Positions 37,972 to 38,994 of a DNA stretch of 38,994 nt are shown here, in pieces. Location: positions 1-38,994 of the forward strand of contig LXFE01000150.1 in NCBI GenBank assembly GCA_001929475.1. Direction: 5' to 3'. Source of the stretch: Neolecta irregularis DAH-3 (lineage: Eukaryota). The notes beneath the pieces were generated by a model. It saw only the letters and a list, made by a program, of their open reading frames with translations, ran no database searches and had not been told where the DNA came from. Each line of letters begins with the position of its first letter. Positions within the stretch are counted from its first letter, which is position 1. The translations under genes and the position numbers were made by a program.

Positions 37972-38994
37972 TTAAAGTTTATTTGACACATTTTCTGAAT
38001 AATAAGTCTTTCCAGTTATGGGATCCAGCCCATCAACATTTCCTGGTGGATTGTACTATTTCATCAGCATGGATAGACCATATAGTACCAGGCAAGTGAG
38101 GAGTGGGCCGAAGCGATTGGAACAGTGGTAAGTTGCACAACCAAGCTCTTTCGAACTGTTCCATACTAACTGGGTAAAATGACCCGTGGCTTCCTAATTC
38201 TGTGAGCTGAGTTTATAGATGGCTATCTCTTACAGTAAACATAATATTCGAAAAATTTACATCATGGAATTCATTATACCACTTTTGAATCTCTTTAAGT
38301 GGGTCTGAGATGCCGTATGCAAGATTTGAGCCATATCCTTCTGTATTATGAGACAGATGTTCAAAAAGGAAAACATACGTGGGTGTTCGAATTTGCACAT
38401 TTGGGAGTTGCGTAGAGCGGCCACTGCAAGATTTTCATTCCACGTCATTGGAACAGCATCATGACTAGCTCGCATATCGTTGTGCAGATTGAGAACAGAG
38501 AGAGCGTATGAAGAACTGGCCGAAGTGCTCGAAGAGGAATCATCCCTCCTAGTCTTGTTCCCGCTGGCTTTCGCTGGCGGCTTAACAAACGAAATGTTCG
38601 CTTTTTGTGGAACATATGTAAGATTGTGCTTCAGGGGAGGAGGTGTTTGTACACGCAAGCCGGCAGGATTCGGTGATTCGGTAGGGGTGGCTGCATCATC
38701 CGAGCAAGGCGACATGGGAGCAGGTGGAGATGACTGAGGTTTATTTACCGGGAGCAGGCTAGCAATCGGGTTTGTAGGGGTACCGTCGCTTGAAGAAGGG
38801 TTTGGGGAAGAACCAGTCCCGCTTCCAGAGTTGTGATTACCCTGGCCATTTCCCGGGGGTTTCACAGTAGTTGGCGTATCCTGCTGAGTTTCCTCGATGA
38901 TGTGTTCCTCTAACAAAACAGAAAGAGTAGAAGTGATATCGCCACCCTGGCCATCTTCCGTGTTTGATGGCATAGAATCCGGACTTGAATCGGT
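37972..38994 (-). CDS. Second CAP/PRY-family protein (5' end outside the window)
   Basis: HNDMRASHDAVPMTWN, YGSNLA, KWYNE, TGHFTQLVW, TCLYNPPGNV; three introns at the same positions as in the paralogue at 34638-35658; TAA at 37972-37974. Confidence 0.9.

Overview
Gene-dense fungal chromosomal segment. The very short (mostly 36-45 nt) spliceosomal introns with loose splice signals and the fission-yeast-like proteins suggest an early-diverging ascomycete (Taphrinomycotina-like; this is inference). I reconstructed 19 protein genes by hand-splicing: BCP/DOT5 peroxiredoxin, an MFS sugar porter, a CHS7-like protein, a questin-oxidase-like protein, a WW protein, CDC50, SWS1-like SWIM protein, SPT16, RPR2, ATP synthase subunit e, RAD14, a secreted orphan, YPT1, RFC3, an Atg37-like ACB protein, SCD6, PLAC8, PMT2 and a CAP/PRY gene. 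A second CAP/PRY paralogue runs off the right edge. There are also a pseudogenised duplicate of the orphan, two Fot1/pogo transposon end relics and an intronic snR52-like C/D snoRNA. The most interesting element is a ~1.4 kb structured non-coding region (+ strand, ~36420-37797) between the two CAP genes. It has the ordered architecture of a fungal telomerase RNA: template-boundary hairpin, 11-nt template UUAACCUUAAC, U-rich pseudoknot, core-enclosing and terminal helices, and an AUAAGU spliceosomal-cleavage site. Its template predicts a non-canonical (TTAAGG)n telomere repeat. GC-AG introns also appear unusually frequent (5 of about 84). All structures and exon junctions were read by eye; no searches or folding programs were run.
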